This document shows positions 20,223-30,335 of a stretch of 64,000 nt of DNA, piece by piece. Location: the NCBI GenBank assembly GCA_050253415.1, contig JBFWJC010000002.1, positions 352,001 through 416,000 on the forward strand, written 5' to 3'. The notes beneath the pieces are model-generated. The model ran no database searches. It worked only from the letters and a program-made list of their open reading frames with translations, and had not been told where the DNA came from. Positions within the stretch are counted from its first letter, which is position 1, and the number at the start of each line of letters is the position of its first letter. The position numbers were made by a program, and so were the translations under genes. The DNA is from Pedobacter sp. (GTDB lineage: Bacteria > Desulfobacterota > Desulfuromonadia > Desulfuromonadales > Syntrophotaleaceae).

Positions 20223-20824
20223 GACAGCAGATCAATCTCTACCAGCCGGCTTTGTTCGAAAAAAAAGCGCCTTTTCCAGCCGTGCTGATGTTCATAATTC
20301 TGGGAGCGGTTGTCGTGCTGGCACTGTTAGTTGGTGCCTTGTGTTTATGGAGAGCCTCCGTGCTTGAGACCAACCTCGCTCTTTCACAGTCACGTCAGAC
20401 TGCAGCGTTGCAGCGAATCGATGAATATCAACGTCAGTATCCACCTCGAACGGCCGACCCTGTCCTTGCACGCAAAGTTGAAAAAATGATGGGCGACCGA
20501 CAGGCGCGTCTTGCATTGCTGCAATTGTTGACCGGCGGCCAGCCGGGTAACAGCGTGGGGTTTTCCAGGTATCTTGAGGGTTTGGCCCGCGAAGACCTTT
20601 CCACGGTCTGGTTGCGTCGCATTCGGCTTAGTGCCGGAGGTCATAATCTTCTGCTCGAGGGGAGTGCCACGAGGGCAGCCGACGTACCGCTTTACCTGCA
20701 AGGCCTGAATCGGCAGCAGGATTATGCCGGTCGTGAGTTTGATCACCTGCAGTTGACTCAATCTGAGGATAATCGCCAGATTGTCGATTTTCTGTTGCAA
20801 ACCAATCAAGAGGGAAAACCATGA
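20219..20824 (+). CDS. MSHA biogenesis protein, PilN-like (MshI-type)
   Basis: MRQQINLY start, single TM, VWLRRIRL..LEGSA. Confidence 0.8.
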   Translation: MRQQINLYQPALFEKKAPFPAVLMFIILGAVVVLALLVGALCLWRASVLETNLALSQSRQTAALQRIDEYQRQYPPRTADPVLARKVEKMMGDRQARLALLQLLTGGQPGNSVGFSRYLEGLAREDLSTVWLRRIRLSAGGHNLLLEGSATRAADVPLYLQGLNRQQDYAGREFDHLQLTQSEDNRQIVDFLLQTNQEGKP

Positions 20825-21498
20825 AGGCGTTTGCGATCCGTTTCCGTCAGTGGACCGCCTGGCTTGATAAGCGCAGCCTGCGGGAAAGGGTTTTGCTGCT
20901 GGTTGTGGTGCTGGTACTTGGAGGTTTTGTTGCCGACGCTTTGTTTTTCCATCCCCAGGGGATAAAACGTCGCCAGCTGCACGATCAAATAACCGCTATG
21001 AATGCCGCTGTCGCCGAGCTGGATCGGCAAGCGGATGCGATTAAGGTCCGTGCCCAACAAGATCCGGATCGGGAACCGCGTGCTCGCCAGCAACAGTTGC
21101 AAATGGAATTGGACCAGCTTGATGGGCGATTGAAGGCCTTGACCGTTGACCTTATTTCACCGCGTGATATGGCCGAGGTGCTGCGTGAGTTGTTGACGCG
21201 CCAGGCAGGTATGAAGCTCGTACGCCTGGAAAACCTGCCGCCGATCGAATTGTTGCCAGCTTCAAAAGATGATGCCGAGGTGGATGACGAAGAGCGTCCC
21301 AACCTTTATCGCCATCCCGTGCATATCGTGATGTCCGGAACCTACCTGCAAGCGTTGGATTATTTACGGGATCTTGAAAAATTGCCAAGGAAGTTGTTTT
21401 GGGATGATCTGGAGATCGTGGTGGGCGACTATCCTCAAACTGAAATAACCCTGACGGTGTATACCCTCAGTGTCAGAAAGGGGTGGATCGGTGTATAA
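20821..21498 (+). CDS. mshJ: MSHA biogenesis protein MshJ (PilO/GspM-like)
   Basis: SLRERVLL + TM, LYRHPV...GTY, VYTLS...WIGV; position in the locus. Confidence 0.85.
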   Translation: MKAFAIRFRQWTAWLDKRSLRERVLLLVVVLVLGGFVADALFFHPQGIKRRQLHDQITAMNAAVAELDRQADAIKVRAQQDPDREPRARQQQLQMELDQLDGRLKALTVDLISPRDMAEVLRELLTRQAGMKLVRLENLPPIELLPASKDDAEVDDEERPNLYRHPVHIVMSGTYLQALDYLRDLEKLPRKLFWDDLEIVVGDYPQTEITLTVYTLSVRKGWIGV

Positions 21499-21859
21499 CC
21501 GGCATAAACGCTGGATGGCCACGAGTGTAGCCCTGTTATTTTTTTGTTTGAACTGTGGATCTTTGGCTTTCGCAGAGCAACCGTTATCCGATCCGACCAG
21601 GCCGGTTGTTTTGTCTGGTGTGGGCTTGGGTGCTTCAACGCCAAAAACCGTAAAGTGGAAACTGACCTCGACCTTGATTGCACCGCAAAGGCAGGTTGCA
21701 GTCATTAACGATCAGGTCGTGAAGGTTGGGCAAAAAATCGATGGCGCCAAACTGGTGGCCGTGAAGCCCGGAAGTGCCCTGTTGCTCCATGCCGGGAAAA
21801 CGATTCAACTCAAGCTGATTTCCGGCACCGTGAAACAAGCGGCAGTGCCGGTGCCTTGA
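21491..21859 (+). CDS. mshK: MSHA biogenesis protein MshK
   Basis: signal peptide, LSDPTRP, AVINDQVVKVG. Confidence 0.8.
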   Translation: MYNRHKRWMATSVALLFFCLNCGSLAFAEQPLSDPTRPVVLSGVGLGASTPKTVKWKLTSTLIAPQRQVAVINDQVVKVGQKIDGAKLVAVKPGSALLLHAGKTIQLKLISGTVKQAAVPVP

Positions 21860-21885
21860 AGCGAGGATGCGTGCGAAATCTGATA

Positions 21886-23598
21886 ATGACCAGGAATAAA
21901 CATTTTCGTAACTGGATGATGCCTGCGCTGATCCCGGTGTTGTTACTTGCCGCCGGTTGTGCGCCCAGACCCCGGGGAGAAATGCCCCTTGCTCACTTTG
22001 AGCAACAACTTGATGAGCAGCAACCGGTTCCCAAAACCCTGCCTGAAGAAGTGTCGGCCGCTTTGCTGCCGCCGGGTATGGACATGCAATCCGGGGTAGC
22101 TGTTGCTGTTGAGGAGCCACGCTTTGATGTGTCCACCAATAATACCCCTGCTCAAGAGTTTTTCATGGGGCTGGTGGAGGGAACTCCTTATAACATGGTG
22201 GTGCATCCCGCGGTTGCCGGCAATGTGTCTCTTAATCTCAAGGGAGTTACCATCCCAGAAGTCATGGATATTTTGCGGGATGTTTACGGTTTTCAATACC
22301 GGTCCACCCGTAGCGGCTTTCAGGTTATGCCGGATGCGTTGCAGACCCAGGTGTTTTACGTCAATTACCTTAATCTGGTGCGCAAGGGGCTGTCCCAGAC
22401 CCGGGTAAGCTCCGGTCAGGTCAGCGAAGCGAGCAACAGCGACGATAATAACGACAATAGCGGGTCTAGAAGTCGTAATCGTGACGATGGCAGCGCCATG
22501 GTTTCAGGTAGCCGGATCGATACCGAGTCGAGTGCCGATTTCTGGAGCGAATTGAGTGGTGCCTTGCGCACCATGGTTGGCCAGGAAGAAGGTCGGCGCG
22601 TGGTTATTCAACCCCAGGCCGGCGTGGTGGTGGTTCGGGCGCTGCCCGATGAGTTGCGTAACATAGAAAGCTATCTGGCGACCATTCAGGGGAATCTGCA
22701 GCGTCAAGTAATTCTTGAGGCCAAGATTCTCGAGGTGGAGCTCGGTGACGGCTATCAGGCCGGTATCAACTGGTCGGTCGTGAGCGGCGACGTTACGGTT
22801 GCGCAGTCGCGCGGTGATATCTTTGCCGATAACGGCATGGCCAATATTGTCGGCAGCGCAGGTGCTGCCATCGCTTCGGGCCTCACTTCCGGAGCTTTTG
22901 GCGGAGTCTTTAGTGCTGCCATGAACTTCAATAACTTCCAGGCGTTTATCGAGTTGCTCGAAACCCAGGGTGATGTTCAGGTGCTGTCCAGTCCGCGCAT
23001 CTCCACGGTGAATAATCAGAAAGCGGTGATCAAGGTCGGCTCCGACGAGTTTTTTGTGACCGATGTTTCCAGCGATACGGTTACCGGAACCACCACGACC
23101 ACCTCGCCGGATATTACCCTGACGCCGTTTTTCTCCGGTATTGCCCTGGATGTGACGCCGCAGATCGATACGAACGGCCGGGTGACGCTGCATGTGCATC
23201 CTACCGTCAGTGAAGTCACCGACCAGACCAAGGATATCACCGTTGCCGGGCAGACTCAGAGCCTGCCGCTGGCCTTCAGCACAGTGCGCGAGTCCGACAG
23301 TATCGTTTCGGCAGAAAGCGGGCAGGTAGTGGTTATCGGCGGTCTTATGAAAGATCAACTGCAGAAAAGGGATGCAAGTGTCCCGCTGCTCGGGCGATTG
23401 CCGGGTGTCGGCAGTCTTTTCCGCCAGACTCAGTCCATTTCGCGCAAGAGTGAACTGGTTATTCTGCTGCGGCCGATGGTGGTTGAGGCCGGAAGCTGGG
23501 ATCAGGCTCTCGATGCCTCGCGAAAACAATTCAAGTCTCTGGGCAGCGAATTCGATACCGAGTGGCGCGGCGGCAAATTTGCGCGACCAGCCCGCTGA
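21886..23598 (+). CDS. mshL: MSHA pilus secretin MshL (lipoprotein)
   Basis: lipobox LAAGC, QVILEAKILEV, VLSSPRI..NNQKAVIKVG, PFFSGIALDVTPQI, KSELVILLRP; start uncertain. Confidence 0.93.
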   Translation: MTRNKHFRNWMMPALIPVLLLAAGCAPRPRGEMPLAHFEQQLDEQQPVPKTLPEEVSAALLPPGMDMQSGVAVAVEEPRFDVSTNNTPAQEFFMGLVEGTPYNMVVHPAVAGNVSLNLKGVTIPEVMDILRDVYGFQYRSTRSGFQVMPDALQTQVFYVNYLNLVRKGLSQTRVSSGQVSEASNSDDNNDNSGSRSRNRDDGSAMVSGSRIDTESSADFWSELSGALRTMVGQEEGRRVVIQPQAGVVVVRALPDELRNIESYLATIQGNLQRQVILEAKILEVELGDGYQAGINWSVVSGDVTVAQSRGDIFADNGMANIVGSAGAAIASGLTSGAFGGVFSAAMNFNNFQAFIELLETQGDVQVLSSPRISTVNNQKAVIKVGSDEFFVTDVSSDTVTGTTTTTSPDITLTPFFSGIALDVTPQIDTNGRVTLHVHPTVSEVTDQTKDITVAGQTQSLPLAFSTVRESDSIVSAESGQVVVIGGLMKDQLQKRDASVPLLGRLPGVGSLFRQTQSISRKSELVILLRPMVVEAGSWDQALDASRKQFKSLGSEFDTEWRGGKFARPAR

Positions 23599-23610
23599 CG
23601 GGGCAACAGC

Positions 23611-24459
23611 ATGTATCGGGAACATTTCGGACTGGCGTCGAAACCTTTTAGTCTGACGCCTGATGCTGATTTTCTGTTTGACCATTGCGGTTACCGTGAA
23701 GCGCTTAACGTCCTGCTGGTGGCTCTGGATAGCGGCGAAGGATTCATTAAGATCACTGGTGAGGTCGGTACCGGAAAGACTCTGCTTTGCCGCCGGTTAC
23801 TCGATGTATTGGCCGAATCCCACACCACAGCCTATGTGCCCAACCCGTTACTGGATCCCACGGAGCTCTACGCTGTGGTGGCCGACGAGATAGGAGCCGG
23901 CTTTAACAAAGCGACCGATTCCCATCATGCGCTCAAGCGCATTGAACGTCGTCTGCTCAAGCTGGGCGGATCCGGTCGGTCGGTGGTGCTATGTATCGAC
24001 GAAGCACAAGCCATGTCGGATCGTACCCTTGAAGCGCTGCGGTTATTGAGCAATCTTGAGACAGAGAAACGCAAGCTGCTGCATATCGTGCTATTCGGGC
24101 AGCCGGAACTCGATGTGCGCCTCCAGGATTACGCCCTGCGTCAGTTGCGTCAGCGGATCGTTTTCAGTTACCGGCTGCCGGCGCTCGGTCGGCGGGAGGT
24201 CAAAGGCTATGTGAACCACCGTCTGAAGGCTGCTGGTTTCCAGGGTGACGGATTGTTTGAACCGGCAGCCTTGCGCAAACTTTGGTTTGCGAGCCGTGGC
24301 GTCCCCCGGCTGGTCAATATTTTGGCAAATAAAGCTTTGCTGGCTGCTTTTGGTCAGGGAGATGGCACTGTGAGGAGCCGACATGTGCGCTCCGCCATCC
24401 TCGATACGGTCGATGCCCGGCGCGGTTGGTTTTCCTGGGCACGAGGAGTAAGGATTTGA
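23611..24459 (+). CDS. mshM: ExeA-family AAA ATPase MshM
   Basis: MYREHFGL..PFSLTP, GEVGTGKT, IDEAQ, LFGQPEL. Confidence 0.9.
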   Translation: MYREHFGLASKPFSLTPDADFLFDHCGYREALNVLLVALDSGEGFIKITGEVGTGKTLLCRRLLDVLAESHTTAYVPNPLLDPTELYAVVADEIGAGFNKATDSHHALKRIERRLLKLGGSGRSVVLCIDEAQAMSDRTLEALRLLSNLETEKRKLLHIVLFGQPELDVRLQDYALRQLRQRIVFSYRLPALGRREVKGYVNHRLKAAGFQGDGLFEPAALRKLWFASRGVPRLVNILANKALLAAFGQGDGTVRSRHVRSAILDTVDARRGWFSWARGVRI

Positions 24460-25892
24460 GTCTCATCAACCAGATGCTGAAGGACCTTGAAAAGCGCACC
24501 AATGAGGGGCCGCCTTCCGCTACATGCTTGTCTTCACAGGTGACTTCTGTATCTGCTTCCCGTCGTTGCCGCAAGGTTCTGTGGGGCGGGTTGTCGCTGC
24601 TGCTTGTCTGTGCCGGCGTAGTCTGGTTTGTGGAATACGGAAGGCCCCGTGTCCTTGTCAATCGTGCTGGTGAGGCTGACGTCGTGCAGGCATCGGAATC
24701 CGCCGGTGCGATTAACGGCCTTCCGGAAGGACACCCTACCGTCAGTCAGCCGGCCATGGTTACGGCAGACAAACTCCCCACCAACCTTGAAATGGTGCGG
24801 ATGCAGCAGCAAGACGACCAGTTGCAGATCGAACTCGTTTTTTCAAGTGCGCCGGTTTACGGCCTGGCCCGCGGGGATCAGGGCCGGCAGCTGGTTCTGG
24901 ATGTGCCGGGCGGGGTGATGACTGCTTCGCTGCCGAATACGGCAGGTTTGCCCCTGTTGCACAGCGTGGCAAGCCAGAGTCGGGAGTCCGGCGTGCAGCT
25001 GATGTTCAGTTTTAACCAGAGTTGTCGTTACGACGCGTTGGTGTTGTCCGAAAACTCTGTCGGTCCCGGCCAAACCCTGAGTTTTATGGTGCAGGTCGAG
25101 CCGGTGGAGCCCGCTGCGGCAGCGCTTCAAGCATTGCGGGAGATCGATGCCCCCCCAGTATCGCTTGCGGCCACGACACAGGCAGACAAAGACTCGTATC
25201 CTGTCCCGTCCGCCGTCAGCAGTAAGCCTGAACAAAGTGTTGTTCGTCAAGAGGTGCAGCTGTCGCCTCGCGCCCGCGCCGAAAACTATTTCCGGGACGC
25301 CGGCGTCGCTTTGCAACAGGGTCGGCAGCGTGAGGCGGAGGCCGCCTTGCGGGCTGCCCTCGCTCTTGATCCGGTGCATGTTGAAGTACGCGATATGCTG
25401 TTGCGGTTGCTGGTGCAGCAGAACCGCCGTGCAGATTACAGGGCTTTGCTGGCCGATGGACTCAGGCAGGATCCCCAATACCTGCCGTACCGGGTGCAAT
25501 ACGCACGTCTGCTAGTCCAGGACGGAGCGTTGTCTGAGGCCCGGGATCACCTGACCCGTGAGCCCCGCCCCCCGGTTATCGAGGCATTGGACCTATACGC
25601 CATGCTGGCGACGGTGTATCAGCGCCAGGGTCAGTATGTGGAGGCGGCGCAAACCTATCGCGCCCTGCTGGCAGTCAAACCGGAGCAGTCTGTGTGGTGG
25701 ATGGGACTTGGCATCGCTCTTGAAGGAGCTACCCTGGAAGATCAGGCGCAGCAAGCTTATCGGCAGGCCATTTCCCGCGGCGGATTGTCCTCAGGGCTGC
25801 AGACTTACATTCGGCAGCGTTTGACGGTTCTTGGTAACCGTGGCGCGCAGGCCCCTGCGACCAGCATGAGCGCAGGTAAGGAACCATCATGA
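24456..25892 (+). CDS. mshN: MshN TPR protein
   Basis: (M)SLINQMLKDL start, TM, C-terminal TPRs with WWMGLGIALE. Confidence 0.85.
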   Translation: MSLINQMLKDLEKRTNEGPPSATCLSSQVTSVSASRRCRKVLWGGLSLLLVCAGVVWFVEYGRPRVLVNRAGEADVVQASESAGAINGLPEGHPTVSQPAMVTADKLPTNLEMVRMQQQDDQLQIELVFSSAPVYGLARGDQGRQLVLDVPGGVMTASLPNTAGLPLLHSVASQSRESGVQLMFSFNQSCRYDALVLSENSVGPGQTLSFMVQVEPVEPAAAALQALREIDAPPVSLAATTQADKDSYPVPSAVSSKPEQSVVRQEVQLSPRARAENYFRDAGVALQQGRQREAEAALRAALALDPVHVEVRDMLLRLLVQQNRRADYRALLADGLRQDPQYLPYRVQYARLLVQDGALSEARDHLTREPRPPVIEALDLYAMLATVYQRQGQYVEAAQTYRALLAVKPEQSVWWMGLGIALEGATLEDQAQQAYRQAISRGGLSSGLQTYIRQRLTVLGNRGAQAPATSMSAGKEPS

Positions 25893-27673
25893 CGGTACGC
25901 AAAAAAATACGCATCGGCGAATTGCTGGTGCAGCACCAGATAATCAGCGAAGAGCAATTGCATACTGCGCTTTCCGAGCAAAAACGCACCGGTAGCAAGC
26001 TGGGTCACACCCTGGTGGAACTGGGTTATCTCAGCCCGACCGGGTTCCTCAAGTTTCTCGGCCAACAGCTGCAGATCCCCTATATCGACCTACGGCACTA
26101 CCAGTACAAAGCCGATTCGGTGCGCCTGCTTCCGGAAATCTACACCCGGCGGTTTCGAGCCCTGGTTCTGGCGGAAGAGCGCGACGGCCTGCTGGTCGGC
26201 ATGGCCGACCCGACCGATATCTTTGCCTTTGACGAGCTGCGCCGCATTCTTAAGCGGCCCATCAAGCTGGCTGTCGTCGGTGAAGACGAACTGCTCGATA
26301 TCGTCGACCGTATTTACCGTCGCACCGATGAAATTATCCATATCGCCGGCGAACTCAGTGAAGAACTCGGCGATGGCGGCATCGACCTCGAAACTCTGCT
26401 GTCAAGTAGCGATATCGAAGACGCACCGGTCGTGCGCCTGCTGCATACCCTGTTTGAGGATGCCGTGCAGATCGGCGCTTCGGATATCCATATCGAGCCG
26501 GATGAATCGGTGCTGCGCATCCGGCAGCGTATCGACGGCATTCTGCACGAACAGGTCATGAAGGAAAAACGCATAGGCGGCGCGCTGGTGTCGCGTCTGA
26601 AGCTGATGAGTGGCCTGGATATTTCAGAACGCCGCCTGCCCCAGGATGGACGTTTCAATATCCGCGTTCGTGGGCGCAGCATCGATATCCGCCTTTCGAC
26701 CATGCCGTTGCAATACGGTGAATCGGTGGTTATGCGTTTGCTCGATCAGTCCGGCGGCCTGCTACGACTGGAACAGATCGGCATGCCCGAAACCATGCTG
26801 CCGCGTTTTCGCAACCTGATTCAACGCCCCCACGGATTGGTACTGGTTACCGGACCGACCGGTAGCGGTAAGACCACCACCCTTTACGGAGCTCTCAACG
26901 AACTTAACGACGCCACCAAGAAGATCATCACCGTTGAGGATCCCGTCGAATATCGGTTGCCGCGTATCAACCAGGTGCAGGTACAGAATCGCATCGACCT
27001 TTCCTTTGCCAAGGTTTTGCGCGCCGCGTTGCGACAGGACCCCGACGTGGTTATGGTCGGCGAAATGCGCGACCAGGAGACCGCCCAGATCGGTTTGCGC
27101 GCTGCCATGACCGGTCACCTGGTGCTCTCCACCCTGCATACAAACGATGCCGTGAGTACCGCTTTAAGGCTTCTCGATATGGGGGCCGAGGGCTTTGTGG
27201 TCGGCAGCTCACTGTTGGCCATCCTGGCCCAGCGTCTGGTGCGCCGCATCTGCGTAAGTTGTATCGAGGAGGATCCTCTCGATGCCAACAAACGTAGCTG
27301 GCTGGCCGCCATGGTGGGCCCCCCGGCTCGGCAACAGGTTTTCAAGCGTGGTGCCGGTTGTCCCCGCTGCCATAACACAGGCTACCACGGCCGCATCGGT
27401 ATCTTCGAACTGCTGCAGATCGATAATTCTCTGGCCGATGCTCTGCGTCGCGGCGACAGCGCGGGGTTTGCTCTATTGGCTCGTAATCAGGCAGGTTTCA
27501 AGCCTTTGGCGCTGGCGGCTTTTGACTATGCCAGCCAGGGTCTCACCAGCATGGACGAAGTGCTGCGCGTGTCCGGGCAGCTCGAGGAATACGATGCTAT
27601 GGCCGAGGAACTGTCCTGTTATGACCTGGAAGAGGTAGAGGCGAATGCCGCAGTTCAAGTACCAGGCGCGTAG
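25889..27673 (+). CDS. mshE: MSHA extension ATPase MshE with MshEN domain
   Basis: RIGELL..QL.TAL.EQ/KLG..LV MshEN repeats, ASDIHIEP, GPTGSGKT, LRQDPD, two CxxC. Confidence 0.95.
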   Translation: MTVRKKIRIGELLVQHQIISEEQLHTALSEQKRTGSKLGHTLVELGYLSPTGFLKFLGQQLQIPYIDLRHYQYKADSVRLLPEIYTRRFRALVLAEERDGLLVGMADPTDIFAFDELRRILKRPIKLAVVGEDELLDIVDRIYRRTDEIIHIAGELSEELGDGGIDLETLLSSSDIEDAPVVRLLHTLFEDAVQIGASDIHIEPDESVLRIRQRIDGILHEQVMKEKRIGGALVSRLKLMSGLDISERRLPQDGRFNIRVRGRSIDIRLSTMPLQYGESVVMRLLDQSGGLLRLEQIGMPETMLPRFRNLIQRPHGLVLVTGPTGSGKTTTLYGALNELNDATKKIITVEDPVEYRLPRINQVQVQNRIDLSFAKVLRAALRQDPDVVMVGEMRDQETAQIGLRAAMTGHLVLSTLHTNDAVSTALRLLDMGAEGFVVGSSLLAILAQRLVRRICVSCIEEDPLDANKRSWLAAMVGPPARQQVFKRGAGCPRCHNTGYHGRIGIFELLQIDNSLADALRRGDSAGFALLARNQAGFKPLALAAFDYASQGLTSMDEVLRVSGQLEEYDAMAEELSCYDLEEVEANAAVQVPGA

Positions 27674-28871
27674 CGCCGCCGGCGCATTGCTGGAGGGGAT
27701 CATGGAGGCTCCCAATGCCGCCATGGTGGCCGATCAGCTGCTTGCAGGCGGCTCCGCCCCGGTGCGCATCACCGAGGAGGCGCCGAAAGCTGCCGGCCGT
27801 TCCGCTCTGCAGTGGCAGTTCGGTGGTCAGCGCATCGATCCCGATGATCTGATTCTGTTCTGCCGCCAGATGTACAGCCTTACCAGGGCCGGCGTACCGC
27901 TGCTGCGCGCATTACGCGGCATGACCGAATCCGCTTGCAAGCCGATCATGGCGGAGACGCTGCAGGCAGTTATGGATGATCTCGAGAGCGGCCATGACCT
28001 GTCCGGCGCCTTGCGAAGGCATCCCAAAATATTTCCCGCTCTGCTGGTTAACATGATCCAGGTCGGTGAGAGCAGTGGGCGGCTTGACGATTCGTTCAAC
28101 GAAGTAGCTTCCTACCTGACCCGCGAAAAACAGACCGCCGACCAGATCAAGGCGGCGATGCGGTATCCGAGTTTTGTGCTGGTAGCGATTTTGGTAGCCA
28201 TTGCCATTATCACGCTGTTTGTCATACCGGCGTTTGAGAAACTGTTTAAAAGTCAGGGAGCTCAATTGCCGTTGCCGACCCGCATCATCCTCGGCCTCTC
28301 CAACTTTGCCGTGTCCTGGTGGTGGGCGATTGGTATCGCGTTGATAGCAGGGTTTTTCGGCTGGCGCGCCTGGGTGAAAACCGAACAAGGCGAATTGATC
28401 TGGGATCGTTTCAAGTTGCGCCTGCCGGTGGTCGGCAGCATTATCCATCGCGCCATCCTGGTGCGATTCGCGCGGGGGTTCGCTATGGGATACAGCGCCG
28501 GGGTGCCGCTGATTCAGTCCCTGAATCTGACCGCCCAGGCGGTGGGGAACGCGTATGTGCAGCAGCGCCTCGGGAAACTGCGGCGGGGTGTCGAGCACGG
28601 CGATACTCTCACCCGCAGCGCCGCCGCCAGCGAGATGTTCACCCCGCTGGTGCTGCAGATGCTGGCCGTCGGTGAGGAAACCGGCTCCGTCGATGCCATG
28701 CTGCTGGAGATTGGGGATTTTTACGAGCGTGAGATCGAGTACGATATCAGCCGCCTTTCCAGCGCCATTGAACCGATCCTTATCGTCATCATCGGCGGCA
28801 TGGTGTTGGTGCTGGCCCTCGGCGTGTTCCTGCCCATGTGGAACATGGCCAGCGTCATGCGCGGAGGCTGA
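27645..28871 (+). CDS. mshG: inner-membrane platform protein MshG (PilC/GspF family)
   Basis: AGVPLLRAL, VGESSGRL, AMRYP, VGEETG, IEPILI. Confidence 0.93.
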   Translation: MPQFKYQARSAAGALLEGIMEAPNAAMVADQLLAGGSAPVRITEEAPKAAGRSALQWQFGGQRIDPDDLILFCRQMYSLTRAGVPLLRALRGMTESACKPIMAETLQAVMDDLESGHDLSGALRRHPKIFPALLVNMIQVGESSGRLDDSFNEVASYLTREKQTADQIKAAMRYPSFVLVAILVAIAIITLFVIPAFEKLFKSQGAQLPLPTRIILGLSNFAVSWWWAIGIALIAGFFGWRAWVKTEQGELIWDRFKLRLPVVGSIIHRAILVRFARGFAMGYSAGVPLIQSLNLTAQAVGNAYVQQRLGKLRRGVEHGDTLTRSAAASEMFTPLVLQMLAVGEETGSVDAMLLEIGDFYEREIEYDISRLSSAIEPILIVIIGGMVLVLALGVFLPMWNMASVMRGG

Positions 28872-28880
28872 GTGGGGGTT

Positions 28881-29408
28881 ATGAAACCCAAAACTCCGCG
28901 GCATCACAGGCGCTGGACTCTGCGGCTATTCGAGTGGGGGGTGCTGGTCTGTGTGATATTGATTCTAATGGGAGTGTTTCTGCGCAAAGTACGGCATCTG
29001 CAGGCCGAAGCCGAGCGGCTCAACGTTCAGGCGATGGTAGAAAATATGCGTGCCGCCGTGCTGCTTGCTGGCATCCTGCCTGCCAAACAGGTTTCGCAAC
29101 GCTCCTTGGTAACTCCGGACGGCAACCCCGCGGCACTGCTTCAGGCACAAATGGGTCTGGTCCCTGCCGGTTATCTGGGCGAACTGGACGAGGCGGATCC
29201 CTACCGGATTGCGAAGGGGAGCTGGTATTTTGACCGTGCCCGGCAGGCACTGGTCTACCGTCTGCGCAGTACGGACGGATTTACAAGCCCGCTGCCCGGC
29301 CCGGCTCGCATCCGTCTATGCCTCCGCAAAGGGGCTAGCGGCGAAAACGGCGGTCTCCCCTTGCAGCTTGAGGCGTGTGAGCCATATCGGTGGCAGACGG
29401 GAAAATAG
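28881..29408 (+). CDS. MshF-like protein
   Basis: pilin-like N-terminal TM, GNP..LL, GSWYFD..LVYR; position directly after mshG. Confidence 0.65.
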   Translation: MKPKTPRHHRRWTLRLFEWGVLVCVILILMGVFLRKVRHLQAEAERLNVQAMVENMRAAVLLAGILPAKQVSQRSLVTPDGNPAALLQAQMGLVPAGYLGELDEADPYRIAKGSWYFDRARQALVYRLRSTDGFTSPLPGPARIRLCLRKGASGENGGLPLQLEACEPYRWQTGK

Positions 29409-29443
29409 ATGGTCGCTAATTTAATATTGTGTTCCTAATAAAA

Positions 29444-29515
29444 AAATGACATATTTTTGTCATTTCTAAGAAAGCTGGTTGTGCTAGTGTGCGAAAAATG
29501 TCACTAATTTGGCAT
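29444..29515. promoter_or_regulatory. two palindromic operator-like boxes upstream of the first pilin gene
   Basis: AAATGACA-N6-TGTCATTT (29444-29465) and ATGTCA-N6-TGGCAT (29498-29515). Confidence 0.5.
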
Positions 29516-29619
29516 TTGGATAGGCAGGCTCGTATTGAAGGTTTAAAGTCCTGAGAAGTTGAGTGGGATCGGCCTTCGTTGTATCAACTTCATTTTATGT
29601 AAAACAAAGGAGAGAAAAC

Positions 29620-30036
29620 ATGAAGAGTCAAAGCGGTTTTACCTTGATTGAACTGGTGGTGGTTATTGTGGTTTTGGGCATTCTGGCGGCTGTTGCTGTA
29701 CCGAAGTATGTGGACCTGAAAACCGAGGCTGCCGATGCTCAAGCTCAAGGGGTTTTAGGTGCGGCACAAGCTGCAACGACATTGAATCATGCTGCCAAGC
29801 TTGTAGGGAAGGCTGCGGCAGATCTACCTGGTTATGATGCTTCCGATTGTTCTTCCGGGTTGATTGCGGGTACTGAGGCTGGTACATGTCTTGAAAATGC
29901 TATGGAGTCTTTGCCGACTGGCTGGAGTGCGACCCTTAAAACTATTCATGCGACTATCGGAACTAAAACTTACACAATTACAGTCACTGACGAAACTACT
30001 ACTGCTCCTGCAACGTTAGCTCTTACTGAAAGCTAA
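29620..30036 (+). CDS. type IV prepilin, probable major pilin (MshA-like)
   Basis: QSG|FTLIELVVVIVVLGILAAVAVPKY; AAGGAG RBS; T/A-ending codon bias unlike neighbouring genes. Confidence 0.85.
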   Translation: MKSQSGFTLIELVVVIVVLGILAAVAVPKYVDLKTEAADAQAQGVLGAAQAATTLNHAAKLVGKAAADLPGYDASDCSSGLIAGTEAGTCLENAMESLPTGWSATLKTIHATIGTKTYTITVTDETTTAPATLALTES

Positions 30037-30203
30037 AGCAGGTTTTTATTAAATATTATATAGTTTTCTAGTTGTGTTGGTTAAGTTTTTGACTTGTCTT
30101 GGTTGGTCGCCAACAAATTATTAAAATGATTAATTGGGCCCACATTCAGTATGTTGATTGTGGGCCTTTTTATTGTGTGCGCCAGGGCATGGCGCGTGGC
30201 GCG

Positions 30204-30290
30204 AAGGGGAAAAGGGGAAAAGGGGAAAAGGGGAAAAGGGGAAAAGGGGAAAAGGGGAAAAGGGGAAAAGGGGAAAAGGGGAAAAGGGGG
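30204..30290. repeat. octanucleotide tandem repeat (AAAAGGGG)10 plus a partial unit
   Basis: pure-purine tract with 11 G-runs. Confidence 0.98.
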
Positions 30291-30335
30291 CAGGCTTCCA
30301 AGTTGACAAGTTTGGTTTGATGGGTAAGTTAGGCC

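Noticed and set aside
22504..23685. Long antisense ORFs (also 13155-14159, 27912-28907, 35308-36384, 61323-62318)
   Set aside because: Shadow frames of well-supported GC-rich genes on the opposite strand
29509..29526. Sigma-54 promoter before the first pilin (TTGGCATTTGGATAGGC)
   Set aside because: GG-to-GC spacing is 11, not the required 10
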